Part shown: piece by piece, positions 18,848 through 27,167 of the stretch
How the letters are laid out: every line of letters starts with the position of its first letter
Numbering within the stretch: the stretch's first letter is position 1
NCBI RefSeq assembly: GCF_000014265.1
Contig: NC_008312.1
Span: 2,370,001-2,402,000 of the forward strand
Direction of reading: 5' to 3'
DNA from: Trichodesmium erythraeum IMS101
Lineage (GTDB): Bacteria; Cyanobacteriota; Cyanobacteriia; Cyanobacteriales; Microcoleaceae
DNA length: 32,000 nucleotides
The notes under the pieces: model-generated
What the model was told of the DNA's origin: nothing
Database searches by the model: none
The model's input: the letters and a program-made list of their open reading frames with translations, nothing else
Translations under genes and position numbers: made by a program

Positions 18848-18930
18848 TTTGAAAAATTCAAAACTTTGAGCCTCTCAGTAATTTCAAGAAATTATTTGTG
18901 ACATCTTTAAACTGAATTGGTATAAGTTTG
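18848..18930 (+). repeat. Dispersed repeat family, copy B
   Basis: Sequence: tttgaaaaattcaaaactttgagcctctcagtaatttcaagaaattatttgtgacatctttaaactgaattggtataagtttgag. It has the same orientation as copy A and lies 93 nt after the ATPase stop codon. Confidence 0.7.
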
Positions 18931-19284
18931 AGTAAATATAGATTTTTTCTTAAGTCTTTTACTGGCGGCGCTGAAGTTAGAAGTTATACTAAATCTTTGG
19001 AATAAAAAGCTGGTTATAGATAGATATCTATATTATGCTTTACTTTATAAGCCTATAGTAACTAAATTTAGTATGCTCAAAGTTTTGACTTCATAACTAC
19101 AAAACTTACGGCTTTTGTTTTGAAACCAAAATATCTGTATTTTTGAATAATGAAAACTGCTAAAAATTCGGAGCATGGACTAAAGTTAAGAATGGTAAAA
19201 ATGTTTAGGGGAGTAATGGTGACTACTATATAAGGAAAGGAGAGGATAATTTTATCCCCCTTCTAGCTCCTATTTTCTATTCTC

Positions 19285-19641
19285 TTAAATAATTCTTTCC
19301 AAAAGTTCCCAATTAGAATTTTCTACTATCAAGTAAGTTAATAAATCAAATACTTGACTACAATGATTACTTGATTTTAAAGGGAGTTCTTCATTTCTTG
19401 TAACTATATTTAGTTGGATATTTTCAGAATTATTAGTTACTCTGTAAAGAGTTATTTCTATAGTGACAAGTTGGGAGAAAGAAACTTGGCCAGGAAATTC
19501 ACGAGCCATTAAATAGTATTTTTGGGTATAGATAATTTCACAACCACAATTATTTAATATCTCTGTAAAAACTGGTTGTAAACTTTCGATCTTGACAGCA
19601 ATAGTCAATATAGCAGTATAGTAAGCCATAAAAAACTCCAA
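19285..19641 (-). CDS. Hypothetical protein (118 aa; 114 aa from the ATG at 19629)
   Basis: The ORF is divergent from tmk with a 53-66 bp gap. I recognise no motif. Support is ORF length in AT-rich DNA only. Confidence 0.4.
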   Translation of the reverse strand: MEFFMAYYTAILTIAVKIESLQPVFTEILNNCGCEIIYTQKYYLMAREFPGQVSFSQLVTIEITLYRVTNNSENIQLNIVTRNEELPLKSSNHCSQVFDLLTYLIVENSNWELLERII

Positions 19642-19694
19642 TCAGAGAAAAAACACTTAAAATTAAATATAATTAATTAATTAGAACTTACATA

Positions 19695-20372
19695 ATGATA
19701 GGCAAATTTATAGTTTTTGAAGGTGTAGAAGGAGGGGGTAAAACCACTCAAATTGAACTTTTACAAGATTGGTTATTAGAAACAGGAGAGTCGAGGCAAA
19801 TTTTGCCAAAGTCTATAGATTTAGATTTAGAAGTAGTTATCACCCGAGAACCGGGAGGAACAAAACTAGGTAAAGCTTTACGAGAATTACTTTTAAGTCC
19901 AGATGTATTGGCAGAAAAAATTCAAGAAACATCTGAGTTACTATTATATGCTGCAGATAGAGCGCAACATATAGAAGCTTTGATTAAACCTTGTTTGGAA
20001 AGAGGGACAATAGTTCTGTGCGATCGCTTCATTGACTCAACTATTGCTTATCAAGGATACGGTCGTGGTTTAGATGTTGAATTAATTAAACAACTGAATT
20101 ATATTGCTACAGGTGGTTTAAAAAGTGATTTAACTTTTTGGTTAGATATTGATGTAGAAATTGGTTTAGCTAGAGCTAAAAGTAGGGGAAATTTTGACAG
20201 AATGGAACAAGCAAATATTGAATTTCATCGGCGGGTACAACAAGGGTATCAAGAGTTAGCTAAAAACAATTCTTTAATAGTACGAATAGATGCTAACTTG
20301 ACTAGAGAAAAAGTACAACAGCAAATTCAAGCAATTATTATGCAAAAATTAGTAGAATGGAAGTATATTTGA
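19695..20372 (+). CDS. tmk: Thymidylate kinase (dTMP kinase)
   Basis: 225-aa ORF. It has a P-loop (FIVFEGVEGGGKTTQ), TREPGGT, the DRFIDSTIAYQGYGRG motif and a LID-region arginine (RAKSRGNFDRME). It shows the conserved tmk-holB synteny with the next gene. Confidence 0.95.
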   Translation: MIGKFIVFEGVEGGGKTTQIELLQDWLLETGESRQILPKSIDLDLEVVITREPGGTKLGKALRELLLSPDVLAEKIQETSELLLYAADRAQHIEALIKPCLERGTIVLCDRFIDSTIAYQGYGRGLDVELIKQLNYIATGGLKSDLTFWLDIDVEIGLARAKSRGNFDRMEQANIEFHRRVQQGYQELAKNNSLIVRIDANLTREKVQQQIQAIIMQKLVEWKYI

Positions 20373-20560
20373 TTAAAAGATAGTTTTTTTGTCATTATTA
20401 TGGAGTATAAATATACAGATGATTTCGCGAAAATTATGTGGTGCGGGAAGTTGTCTGAGTGAGCTTACCTTATAAACCTAAAATATTCTGTAATAATCTA
20501 TTATTGAAAAGGATTTCCTGTTGGTGTAGTCTAGCCTCAGCAAATTATCTTATGTTCATT

Positions 20561-20602
20561 TAACTTTTAACTTTTAACTTTTAACTTTTGATTTTTGACT
20601 TT
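20561..20602. repeat. Heptamer tandem repeat (TAACTTT x4, TGATTTT, TGACTTT); reverse complement of the array at 30831..30983
   Basis: Read directly. The last units contain the TTG start (20588..20590) and the first codons of holB. Confidence 0.85.
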
Positions 20603-21550
20603 ATTAATATTATCGGGCAAAACCAAGCCATAGAATTATTAACCCAAGCAATGGCTCATCAACGCATTGCCCCAGCTTATCTATTTGCTGGACCTCCAGG
20701 AGTCGGCCGAGCTTTAACTGCTCAATGTTTTATCCAACTTCTATTCTCTCATACCAACTCTTTCCCTCCAAATAGTTCATCCCTAAAAAGCCGCATCCAA
20801 AAAAGAAACCATCCAGACCTGTTATGGTTAGAGCCAACATACTTACACCAAGGAAAGCTTTTTTCAGCAACAGAAGCAGCTGCAGCGGGGGTAAAACGTA
20901 AGTCCCCTCCTCAAATACGCTTAGAACAAGTGCGCGATATTGGTCAATTTCTGAGTCGTCCTCCCCTACAAGCAGCAAGAGCAGTTGTGGTGTTGCAACA
21001 AGCTGAGACAATGGGAGAAAATGCTGCCAATGGTTTATTGAAGATTTTGGAAGAGCCAGGGAAACGAGCAACCTTAATTTTAATTGCCCCTGGAGTTGAT
21101 GCATTGTTGCCAACTTTGGTGTCCCGGTGTCAACGTATTCCCTTTTATCGCTTGACTCAGGAGAATATGAAGTTAGTCTTGGAAAAGGTGGGTTATGGAA
21201 AAATTTTAGATCAGCCAGAAGTCATGGAAATGGCTCAAGGAAGTCCTGGAGAAGCGATCGCTTGTTGGCAGCAACTACAACAAATTCCAGCAGATATTCT
21301 TGAAGTTGCAACTCAGGGTATTAGAGATATTCCTCAAGCATTGACATTAGCACGGGATATTAGTAAAAGTTTAGATACGGAAGCACAGTTATGGTTGATA
21401 GATTATTTACAGCATTGTTATTGGAGACAACACCCCTTAATTGGAGTGGAGTGTCTGAAACATTTGGAAATGGCAAGAACATATTTACTGTCCTATGTAC
21501 AACCTAGGTTGGTTTGGGAATGTACCTTAATGGCTATTTGTTCAAGTTGA
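20588..21550 (+). CDS. holB: DNA polymerase III delta-prime subunit
   Basis: 320-aa ORF. Motifs: IIGQNQAIELLTQAMAHQRIAPAYLFAGPPGVGR (AAA+ Walker-A-like), NGLLKILEEP, and sensor SRCQRIPF. It lies downstream of tmk. No ATG lies upstream of the essential IIGQ block, so a TTG (20588) or other non-ATG start is implied. Confidence 0.85.
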   Translation: MIFDFINIIGQNQAIELLTQAMAHQRIAPAYLFAGPPGVGRALTAQCFIQLLFSHTNSFPPNSSSLKSRIQKRNHPDLLWLEPTYLHQGKLFSATEAAAAGVKRKSPPQIRLEQVRDIGQFLSRPPLQAARAVVVLQQAETMGENAANGLLKILEEPGKRATLILIAPGVDALLPTLVSRCQRIPFYRLTQENMKLVLEKVGYGKILDQPEVMEMAQGSPGEAIACWQQLQQIPADILEVATQGIRDIPQALTLARDISKSLDTEAQLWLIDYLQHCYWRQHPLIGVECLKHLEMARTYLLSYVQPRLVWECTLMAICSS

Positions 21551-21863
21551 AATTTTTTAGACCCAGTAGCCTGGGTATTTACGACTAAAATTTTTGAGAA
21601 TATAAGTGGTGAAAGATATTAGAATTTTTAGAATTTCCGAAAAATTTTCCATAGCTGTTGAGGAGAAAACTACTGAAATTGATCTAACACTCCCCTAATT
21701 TTAACCCTGGTCGGGTTTAGGAGTGGGTATCCTACTCTTAAAAAAAACTTTTTCAGCAAATTCTATTTAGTTTTTGAACCAAACCATTACAGCGCTTTTC
21801 AAATTTATCAACTACATCGCTATAACTACAACCTTGTCGGGAAGTTGCACGGAATGTCCTCAC

Positions 21864-21892
21864 ATGCAACCTCCCTAAATGCAACCTCCCTA
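21864..21892. repeat. Tandem duplication of ATGCAACCTCCCTA (15-bp period)
   Basis: Copies lie at 21864..21877 and 21879..21892. Related (A)ACCTCCCTAAA words recur at about 31708 and about 2333. Confidence 0.7.
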
Positions 21893-21935
21893 TTGTGGTT
21901 TACCGACATTAAAACTACTGTAATTTAGCAGATAA

Positions 21936-22385
21936 TTAATCTTTTAGCTCTAATATTTTGGGGTACTTACTATTTTTGTGCGATCGCACAAAATCAGCCA
22001 AATTTTCCTGCCCAGACTGTTGCAAATATTTTAATAATTCACAACTTTCTATCAATAATTTATCCACATTAATCCCAAAATAACTAGGCTGATAATAATG
22101 TAATTTACTAATACCTTCTCCTAATAACATCATACTACCACGCCAATTTTCATTTCCTGCATGATAAAGTCCTACTGCTATTTGTAAAATACCTTGATAA
22201 AAAGTTCGTTCAGGCTCTCCAGCTTCCAGCCATAAAGCCTCAAGAATATCATGGCATTTATAAAATTCTTGTTTATTAAACTCTCCTATTCCCTGCCAAA
22301 ATTCTTGGGGAATTTTTTCTTGTTTAGAAGTCATGATTACTAAATCAACAATTAATACTAAAAATTGAATTTCATTCCATATCAA
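21936..22385 (-). CDS. DUF309-domain protein
   Basis: The core FNKQEFYKCHDILEALWLEAGEPERTFYQGILQIAVGLYHAGNENWRGSMMLLGEG matches the DUF309 pattern (F..g.f..aHe.lE.lW.......r.f.qGLiQ.Ava..h...gN..Ga). The real start is probably the ATG at 22334 (MTSKQEKIPQEF.., 132 aa). The upstream 17 codons look like AT-rich read-through. Confidence 0.75.
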   Translation of the reverse strand: MIWNEIQFLVLIVDLVIMTSKQEKIPQEFWQGIGEFNKQEFYKCHDILEALWLEAGEPERTFYQGILQIAVGLYHAGNENWRGSMMLLGEGISKLHYYQPSYFGINVDKLLIESCELLKYLQQSGQENLADFVRSHKNSKYPKILELKD

Positions 22386-22916
22386 TTATCAACTTTATCA
22401 TTTTTTCCCAACCTTTTTAGCACAGACTTTTTTTCTATAAGAGTTATACCATTTATCAAAAGTTTTCCATATTTACTCATAGCAGAGGATCCTCCCCTAA
22501 CCAGTCCCAGGATTAGGATTTTTTGATAGGGTTTTTCCTCAATTAACAGATAGTTGAAAATTTATTATCATTCTTCAATATACAAAATTATTCAGCAATT
22601 AAAACCTAATATTTTGATAAGAAGAAAAAAGAAAATTGACATTATCCTGACGCTGGTTTACAACAGCGCCGGATGTCTTATATAGAAGTCCTTAGTGCCC
22701 CGAGGATATTCGCACTTTTCAAATTAGTCACAGCTAAAAATGTATATAAGAATGGAAATTATCTCCTTTGGAGAGTAAAGGTAGCCTTGACTTCTGACTT
22801 CAGCTTGAGAGAATGGGCCCAAAATCCCCTTGATCAAAATAAATTTTGACTTGTAGCTTCTAAGCTATAGCTTCTAAGTTGATTAACTTTCTTCTTTCTT
22901 CCTTCAAAATTTCAAC

Positions 22917-23282
22917 CTACATATTTTTTCTAGTTGACTCTAGATCTTCTTGAGTAATTTCTTGTTGTTCACCAGCAAAATCATTATCTGGCGTTAAAAA
23001 CAACATACAATGACATTCTTTACGCTCCCGCATTGGTACACAAGGACAATTCCAATAAGTAGCTTTGACTTCTGCTTGTTTATCTTCATAATGACGACAT
23101 GGGCACAAGGGAGCGCCCAAATCTTCTTTATGTTTAGCTAATCCCTCAATTACTACAGCAGTAACGGAAGGATCTATACAAAAATAAGTATTTGTTTTTT
23201 TTGCATATCTTTCCGCGAAATTTTTTATCGCATTCAAAGATTTATCACTAGATAGGTTCTTTTTCTCTGTGGCTAGGGTCAT
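22917..23282 (-). CDS. ftrC: Ferredoxin-thioredoxin reductase, catalytic (beta) subunit
   Basis: 121-aa ORF with the diagnostic CPC..CPC..CHC cluster: APLCPCRHYEDKQAEVKATYWNCPCVPMRERKECHCMLFLTPDNDFAG. Confidence 0.95.
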   Translation of the reverse strand: MTLATEKKNLSSDKSLNAIKNFAERYAKKTNTYFCIDPSVTAVVIEGLAKHKEDLGAPLCPCRHYEDKQAEVKATYWNCPCVPMRERKECHCMLFLTPDNDFAGEQQEITQEDLESTRKNM

Positions 23283-23440
23283 AATATTTGTTTGTTATGG
23301 TGATCTTTGTTCGTTCTGTTAATTTTACTACATAATGCTATTTTTAAAGTCAATTAAATTACAAGTTTCTCATATTATCTACTCCTTTACTATATATAAT
23401 TAAATTTGTCAACTCCTAAAAAAAATATACCATAAATATT

Positions 23441-23475
23441 CAGTGATCAGTGATCAGTTATCATTTATCAGCTTT
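23441..23475. repeat. Degenerate heptamer tandem repeat (CAGTGAT x2, CAGTTAT, CATTTAT, CAGCTTT)
   Basis: Read directly. It lies 159 nt upstream of the ftrC start and belongs to the same heptamer family as 786..813. Confidence 0.7.
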
Positions 23476-23992
23476 AAATTCATGATCTTGAGGGCAGGAA
23501 TTAGTATTGATATCTTTGATAAAAATTAAAAGTATTGGGAAAAAACTTACTTGCAGGAGGCAAAGTGTATGTTTATTCGACATCTCTATAAATAAAAATT
23601 TAGGTCAAATGGTAATAAGTAATTATACATAGCTGTGCCCATATTAATAAATATGAGAATATATTTATCACTATCCATTAATCAAGAAAAATACTTATTG
23701 ATAGTTATTTATAGTTATTGATCCGTAATATCAATAACTAATAAAGTTAATATAAAATTTTCACAAAATTGAACAAAAAAATACTAGCAATTACCTCGAA
23801 AAATTCGACCAGATAGCTCATCAATAAATTAAAGTTAATCAAAGCAACAAAAGGTGAATTAGCAGCAGATAAAACCACTATAGCTTACTCTTAAATTCGA
23901 TTATTACTAGGTTAATTATGGGAATTTTGGTTCTTAAAAAAAAGTTTCTCATTTTAATTTTATTTAAATTTCCACAATTTTAAGCTTGAAGT

Positions 23993-24048
23993 TTATTTGG
24001 AAATACTTATTTGGAAATATTTATCTGGAAATATTTATCTGGAAATAT
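23993..24048. repeat. 14-bp tandem repeat x4 (TTATTTGGAAATAC / TTATTTGGAAATAT / TTATCTGGAAATAT x2)
   Basis: Read directly. It is followed 10 nt later by a HIP1 site (24058..24065). Confidence 0.85.
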
Positions 24049-24704
24049 ATAGGTGAAGCGATCGCTCCAAATATTACCTAATTTTGAGAATAGTATGAAA
24101 GCTCTGATTTATATTCTTAAAATAGAATATTTTTCTGTCTTGAATTGCCTACTAATTTGTCGATAAAATTAATCAATATAATACCCAGAAATTTATAATC
24201 ATTAAAAATAAAAATGCTTTATTTCTGCTTCTTCCGTAAGAGATATTCAATAACAATTTCTTAAATCTTATGAAAATAAATATGAGATTTTAGGAGGTAA
24301 TATGGTGATCAACTGCAATCACTAATGCTATAATAAATTTGGAAAAATTTCACAGTTAAGGAAATTATAGGAATCAGGAATGAAATGTAATCAAAAACTC
24401 TAAGATTTTGATATACAAATTCTATTTTCCCCTAACTTGGGACATCATACCCCTAAGATTAAATATGATAGTCTCTTTGGGTAAGTCAGGCTCAAAAATT
24501 ATGGTTGTTAATTACACCGTTTCCGTTTTTATAAGGTACAGCGACGGGGGCAAGATAACTGCACTACATGATTTTCACAAAATACAGCAGTACATCATTT
24601 GCCCGATCCAATGCTGTCATTAAAGCTCAAATATCAAAATATTGAAAAAACTTATCTGACTAGACCTAGATCAAATATTACAGTTTATAGGCGGATTTAT
24701 TTAT

Positions 24705-27167
24705 ATGAAATACACGATAAAGTTTACAATGTTACTAACAACATTAACCCTAGTTAGTTGTGATAAAATACCTTTTATGAACAAACAATTATCACAACCA
24801 GAAAAACTAACTTTTGTTGCTAAAAAATCAGGTACTCCTAAGAATTATAGTGCTTTAAATAGATTAGCACAACAAACTATGGTTGAGATTGTGAGCGAGG
24901 GTTATTTGGTCGGAGATGATAAATATATTCTTAAAGGTTCCGGAGTAATTATTGGTAGAAAAGACTTTGTTTATTATGTGCTAACTGCTAATCATATTTT
25001 TAATATGAATGATATATTTTATGTATTTATTCGCAGTAAAAAGCTAGGGAAAGCAGGAGAAGTGACTGGTTTAAAATTTATCAACCGTTACCCACAAGAA
25101 GATTTAGCTCTGATAGCGTTTGCTAGTTTCACTAATTATAGAGTGATGGAGTTAGGGGATGTGAGTCAGCTAGATGATAATAATCAAGTTTATGTGGCGG
25201 GTTGGCCGGGATATGATAATAGGGAGAATTTTCAGTTTACTCGCGCTAAGGTGACTAACTCACAGATGGGAAATAATTTGACTTATAAACCTATTGAACT
25301 TGAAAATGGTTTATATAAGGGGATGAGTGGGGGAGCAGTTTTGAATGAAGCAGGGCAGTTGGTGGGTATTCACCTGGGGTTGACCAAGGTTGATGAAGAT
25401 AGAGAGGGAGTTTTGATCTCGACTTTTTTGCGGATGGTATCGCCGGAGGTTAAAGACATATTGGAGAGACCCACATTTTTGATAATTCTGCAAGCGTTTG
25501 TTTTGCTATTGTTGGCATGTTTTTTCTTCATAGTTTTTGACCAATATGTTTACCCTTGGAAGAAAATTTGGAAAAAGAAAAAAACATCAGTTGCTATTTT
25601 GCCTCTTCCCACTAGAGAAGATCAGACTATCACAAAATTTTTAATTCAGAATGCTGAAAGTTATTTTAACCAAGGCCTTAAGTATCGAAATCAGAGAAAA
25701 TATGATTTGGCGATCGCTGAGTTTAACCAAGCCATTAAACTTAATCCCAAATATGCTGAAGCTTACTACAACAGGGGTAATGTTTACAATACCCAGGGAA
25801 AATATGATTTGGCGCTCGTTGACTATAACCAAGCCATTAAATTTAATCCCAAATATACTCAAGTGTACAATAACAAGGGTATTATTTACAATAAACAGGG
25901 AAAATATGATTTGGCGCTTGCTGAGTTTAACCAAGCTATTAAACTTAATCCCAAATATTCTAAAGTTTACAATAACAGGGGTATTGTTTACAATAACCAG
26001 AGAAAATATGATTTGGCGATCGCTGAGTTTAACCAAGCCATTAAACTTAATCCCAAATATGCTGAAGCTTACTACAACAGGGGTAATATTTACAATAACC
26101 AGGGAAAATATGATTTGGCGCTTGCTGAGTTTAACCAAGCTATTAAATTTAAGCCTAAATATGCTAAAGCCTACTACAACAGGGGTCTTGTTTACAAGAC
26201 TCAAAGAAATATTGAAAGAGTCATATCAGACTTTGAAAAAGCTGCCAAGTTATACAAAGAACAACAAAATCAAAGGTGGTATCAAAACTCTCTAGATAAA
26301 CTCAAAAAATTACAATATATTTATAGTGAGCAGGAAAAATCAGAAAAAGGACAGGTATTTACTTTTGAAGTTGTAAGACTCAATAATTCTGGTAATATTA
26401 TTAGTCGTACTCAGGGAAGGGCTCAACAAAAAATCGAACACTTGGGTAATGACATTAAATTGGAAATAGTTTATATTCCTGGGGGAAGTTTTCTCATGGG
26501 TTCGCCAACAGAAGAAGTAGGTAGATACAGTGATGAAGGTCCCCAACATAGGGTAACTCTTCAGCCTTTTTATATGAGTAAATACCCTATAACTCAAGAC
26601 CAATATCAAGTCATTATGGGAAATAACCCTTCTAGGTTTAGAGGAGGAAGATGCCCAGTAGAAACAGTAAGCTGGCACGATGCTACAGAGTTTTGTGAAA
26701 AGCTATCTCAGAAAACGGGAAGAGACTATAGACTGCCCAGTGAGAGTCAGTGGGAATATGCCTGTCGTGCAGGAACAACAACACCTTTTTATTTTGGAGA
26801 GACCATAACACCTGACTTCGCTAACTATTATGGCAACTCTTCTTACGGTAATGGTCCTAAAGGAAAATATCGACAACAAACAACATATGTGGGAATTTTT
26901 CCACCTAATGCCTTTGGTTTATATGATATGCACGGGAATGTTTGGGAATGGTGCGCTGATGAATGGCATGACAACTATGATGGTGCCCCTACAGATGGCA
27001 GTGTTTGGCTAGATGGAAATAAAAATCGTTCTCCACTGCGGGGGGGTTCCTGGGTATACTGTCCTTATTATTGCCGTTCTGCGATCCGCAGCCTCTTTCT
27101 TCCGCGTGACGTCCACAACTACGATTTTGGTTTTCGTGTTGTCTGCAATAGCAGGAGAACTTTCTGA
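24705..27167 (+). CDS. Multidomain protein: lipoprotein signal peptide, trypsin-like serine peptidase, one TM helix, 6 TPR repeats, C-terminal FGE-sulfatase (formylglycine-generating-enzyme / C-type-lectin fold) domain
   Basis: 820-aa ORF. Lipobox LTLVSC (Cys19). Trypsin-like triad contexts: VLTANHI (His97), EDLALIAF (Asp133), KGMSGGAVLN (Ser208). TM helix TFLIILQAFVLLLLACFFFIVF (aa 257-278) is followed by WKKIWKKKKT. There are six 34-aa TPRs (aa 317-520). FGE-sulfatase motifs: IPGGSFLMGSP, VSWHDATEFCEKLS, YRLPSESQWEYACRAGT, GLYDMHGNVWEWC, RGGSW, FGFRVVC. Confidence 0.9.
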   Translation: MKYTIKFTMLLTTLTLVSCDKIPFMNKQLSQPEKLTFVAKKSGTPKNYSALNRLAQQTMVEIVSEGYLVGDDKYILKGSGVIIGRKDFVYYVLTANHIFNMNDIFYVFIRSKKLGKAGEVTGLKFINRYPQEDLALIAFASFTNYRVMELGDVSQLDDNNQVYVAGWPGYDNRENFQFTRAKVTNSQMGNNLTYKPIELENGLYKGMSGGAVLNEAGQLVGIHLGLTKVDEDREGVLISTFLRMVSPEVKDILERPTFLIILQAFVLLLLACFFFIVFDQYVYPWKKIWKKKKTSVAILPLPTREDQTITKFLIQNAESYFNQGLKYRNQRKYDLAIAEFNQAIKLNPKYAEAYYNRGNVYNTQGKYDLALVDYNQAIKFNPKYTQVYNNKGIIYNKQGKYDLALAEFNQAIKLNPKYSKVYNNRGIVYNNQRKYDLAIAEFNQAIKLNPKYAEAYYNRGNIYNNQGKYDLALAEFNQAIKFKPKYAKAYYNRGLVYKTQRNIERVISDFEKAAKLYKEQQNQRWYQNSLDKLKKLQYIYSEQEKSEKGQVFTFEVVRLNNSGNIISRTQGRAQQKIEHLGNDIKLEIVYIPGGSFLMGSPTEEVGRYSDEGPQHRVTLQPFYMSKYPITQDQYQVIMGNNPSRFRGGRCPVETVSWHDATEFCEKLSQKTGRDYRLPSESQWEYACRAGTTTPFYFGETITPDFANYYGNSSYGNGPKGKYRQQTTYVGIFPPNAFGLYDMHGNVWEWCADEWHDNYDGAPTDGSVWLDGNKNRSPLRGGSWVYCPYYCRSAIRSLFLPRDVHNYDFGFRVVCNSRRTF
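25653..26264 (+). repeat. Intragenic 102-bp tandem repeats encoding the six TPR units, with long perfectly identical blocks
   Basis: A 90-nt block (cagagaaaatatgatttggcgatcgctgag...caggggtaat) is identical at 25692 and 25998, an offset of 306 = 3x102. A 42-nt block (aaatatgatttggcgcttgctgagtttaaccaagctattaaa) is identical at an offset of 204. Each long copy carries a HIP1 site (25710 and 26016). Confidence 0.9.

Noticed and set aside
20472-20496. 25-nt word ATAAACCT(A/C)AAATAT(T/G)CTGTAATAA, shared by 20472..20496 and 31591..31615, as a further repeat family or distant relative of the dispersed repeat
   Set aside because: There are only two copies with 2 mismatches, and similarity in the flanks is marginal. 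It is plausible, but the sequence is too short and AT-rich to separate from chance without a genome-wide search.
20730-21113. 127-aa antisense ORF within holB
   Set aside because: Same reasoning as above. The holB frame has the AAA+ motifs and tmk synteny.
22335-22385. 17-codon N-terminal extension (MIWNEIQFLVLIVDLVI) of the DUF309 ORF
   Set aside because: It is probably not translated. The ATG at 22334 precedes the conserved domain at the usual distance, and the extension is hydrophobic, AT-driven sequence. I kept the longer coordinates in the feature list and noted the alternative start.
24408-24623. 71-aa ORF with TTG start upstream of the multidomain gene
   Set aside because: It has no motifs, an odd composition and a non-ATG start in AT-rich DNA. 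I cannot exclude a small protein, but I cannot support one.
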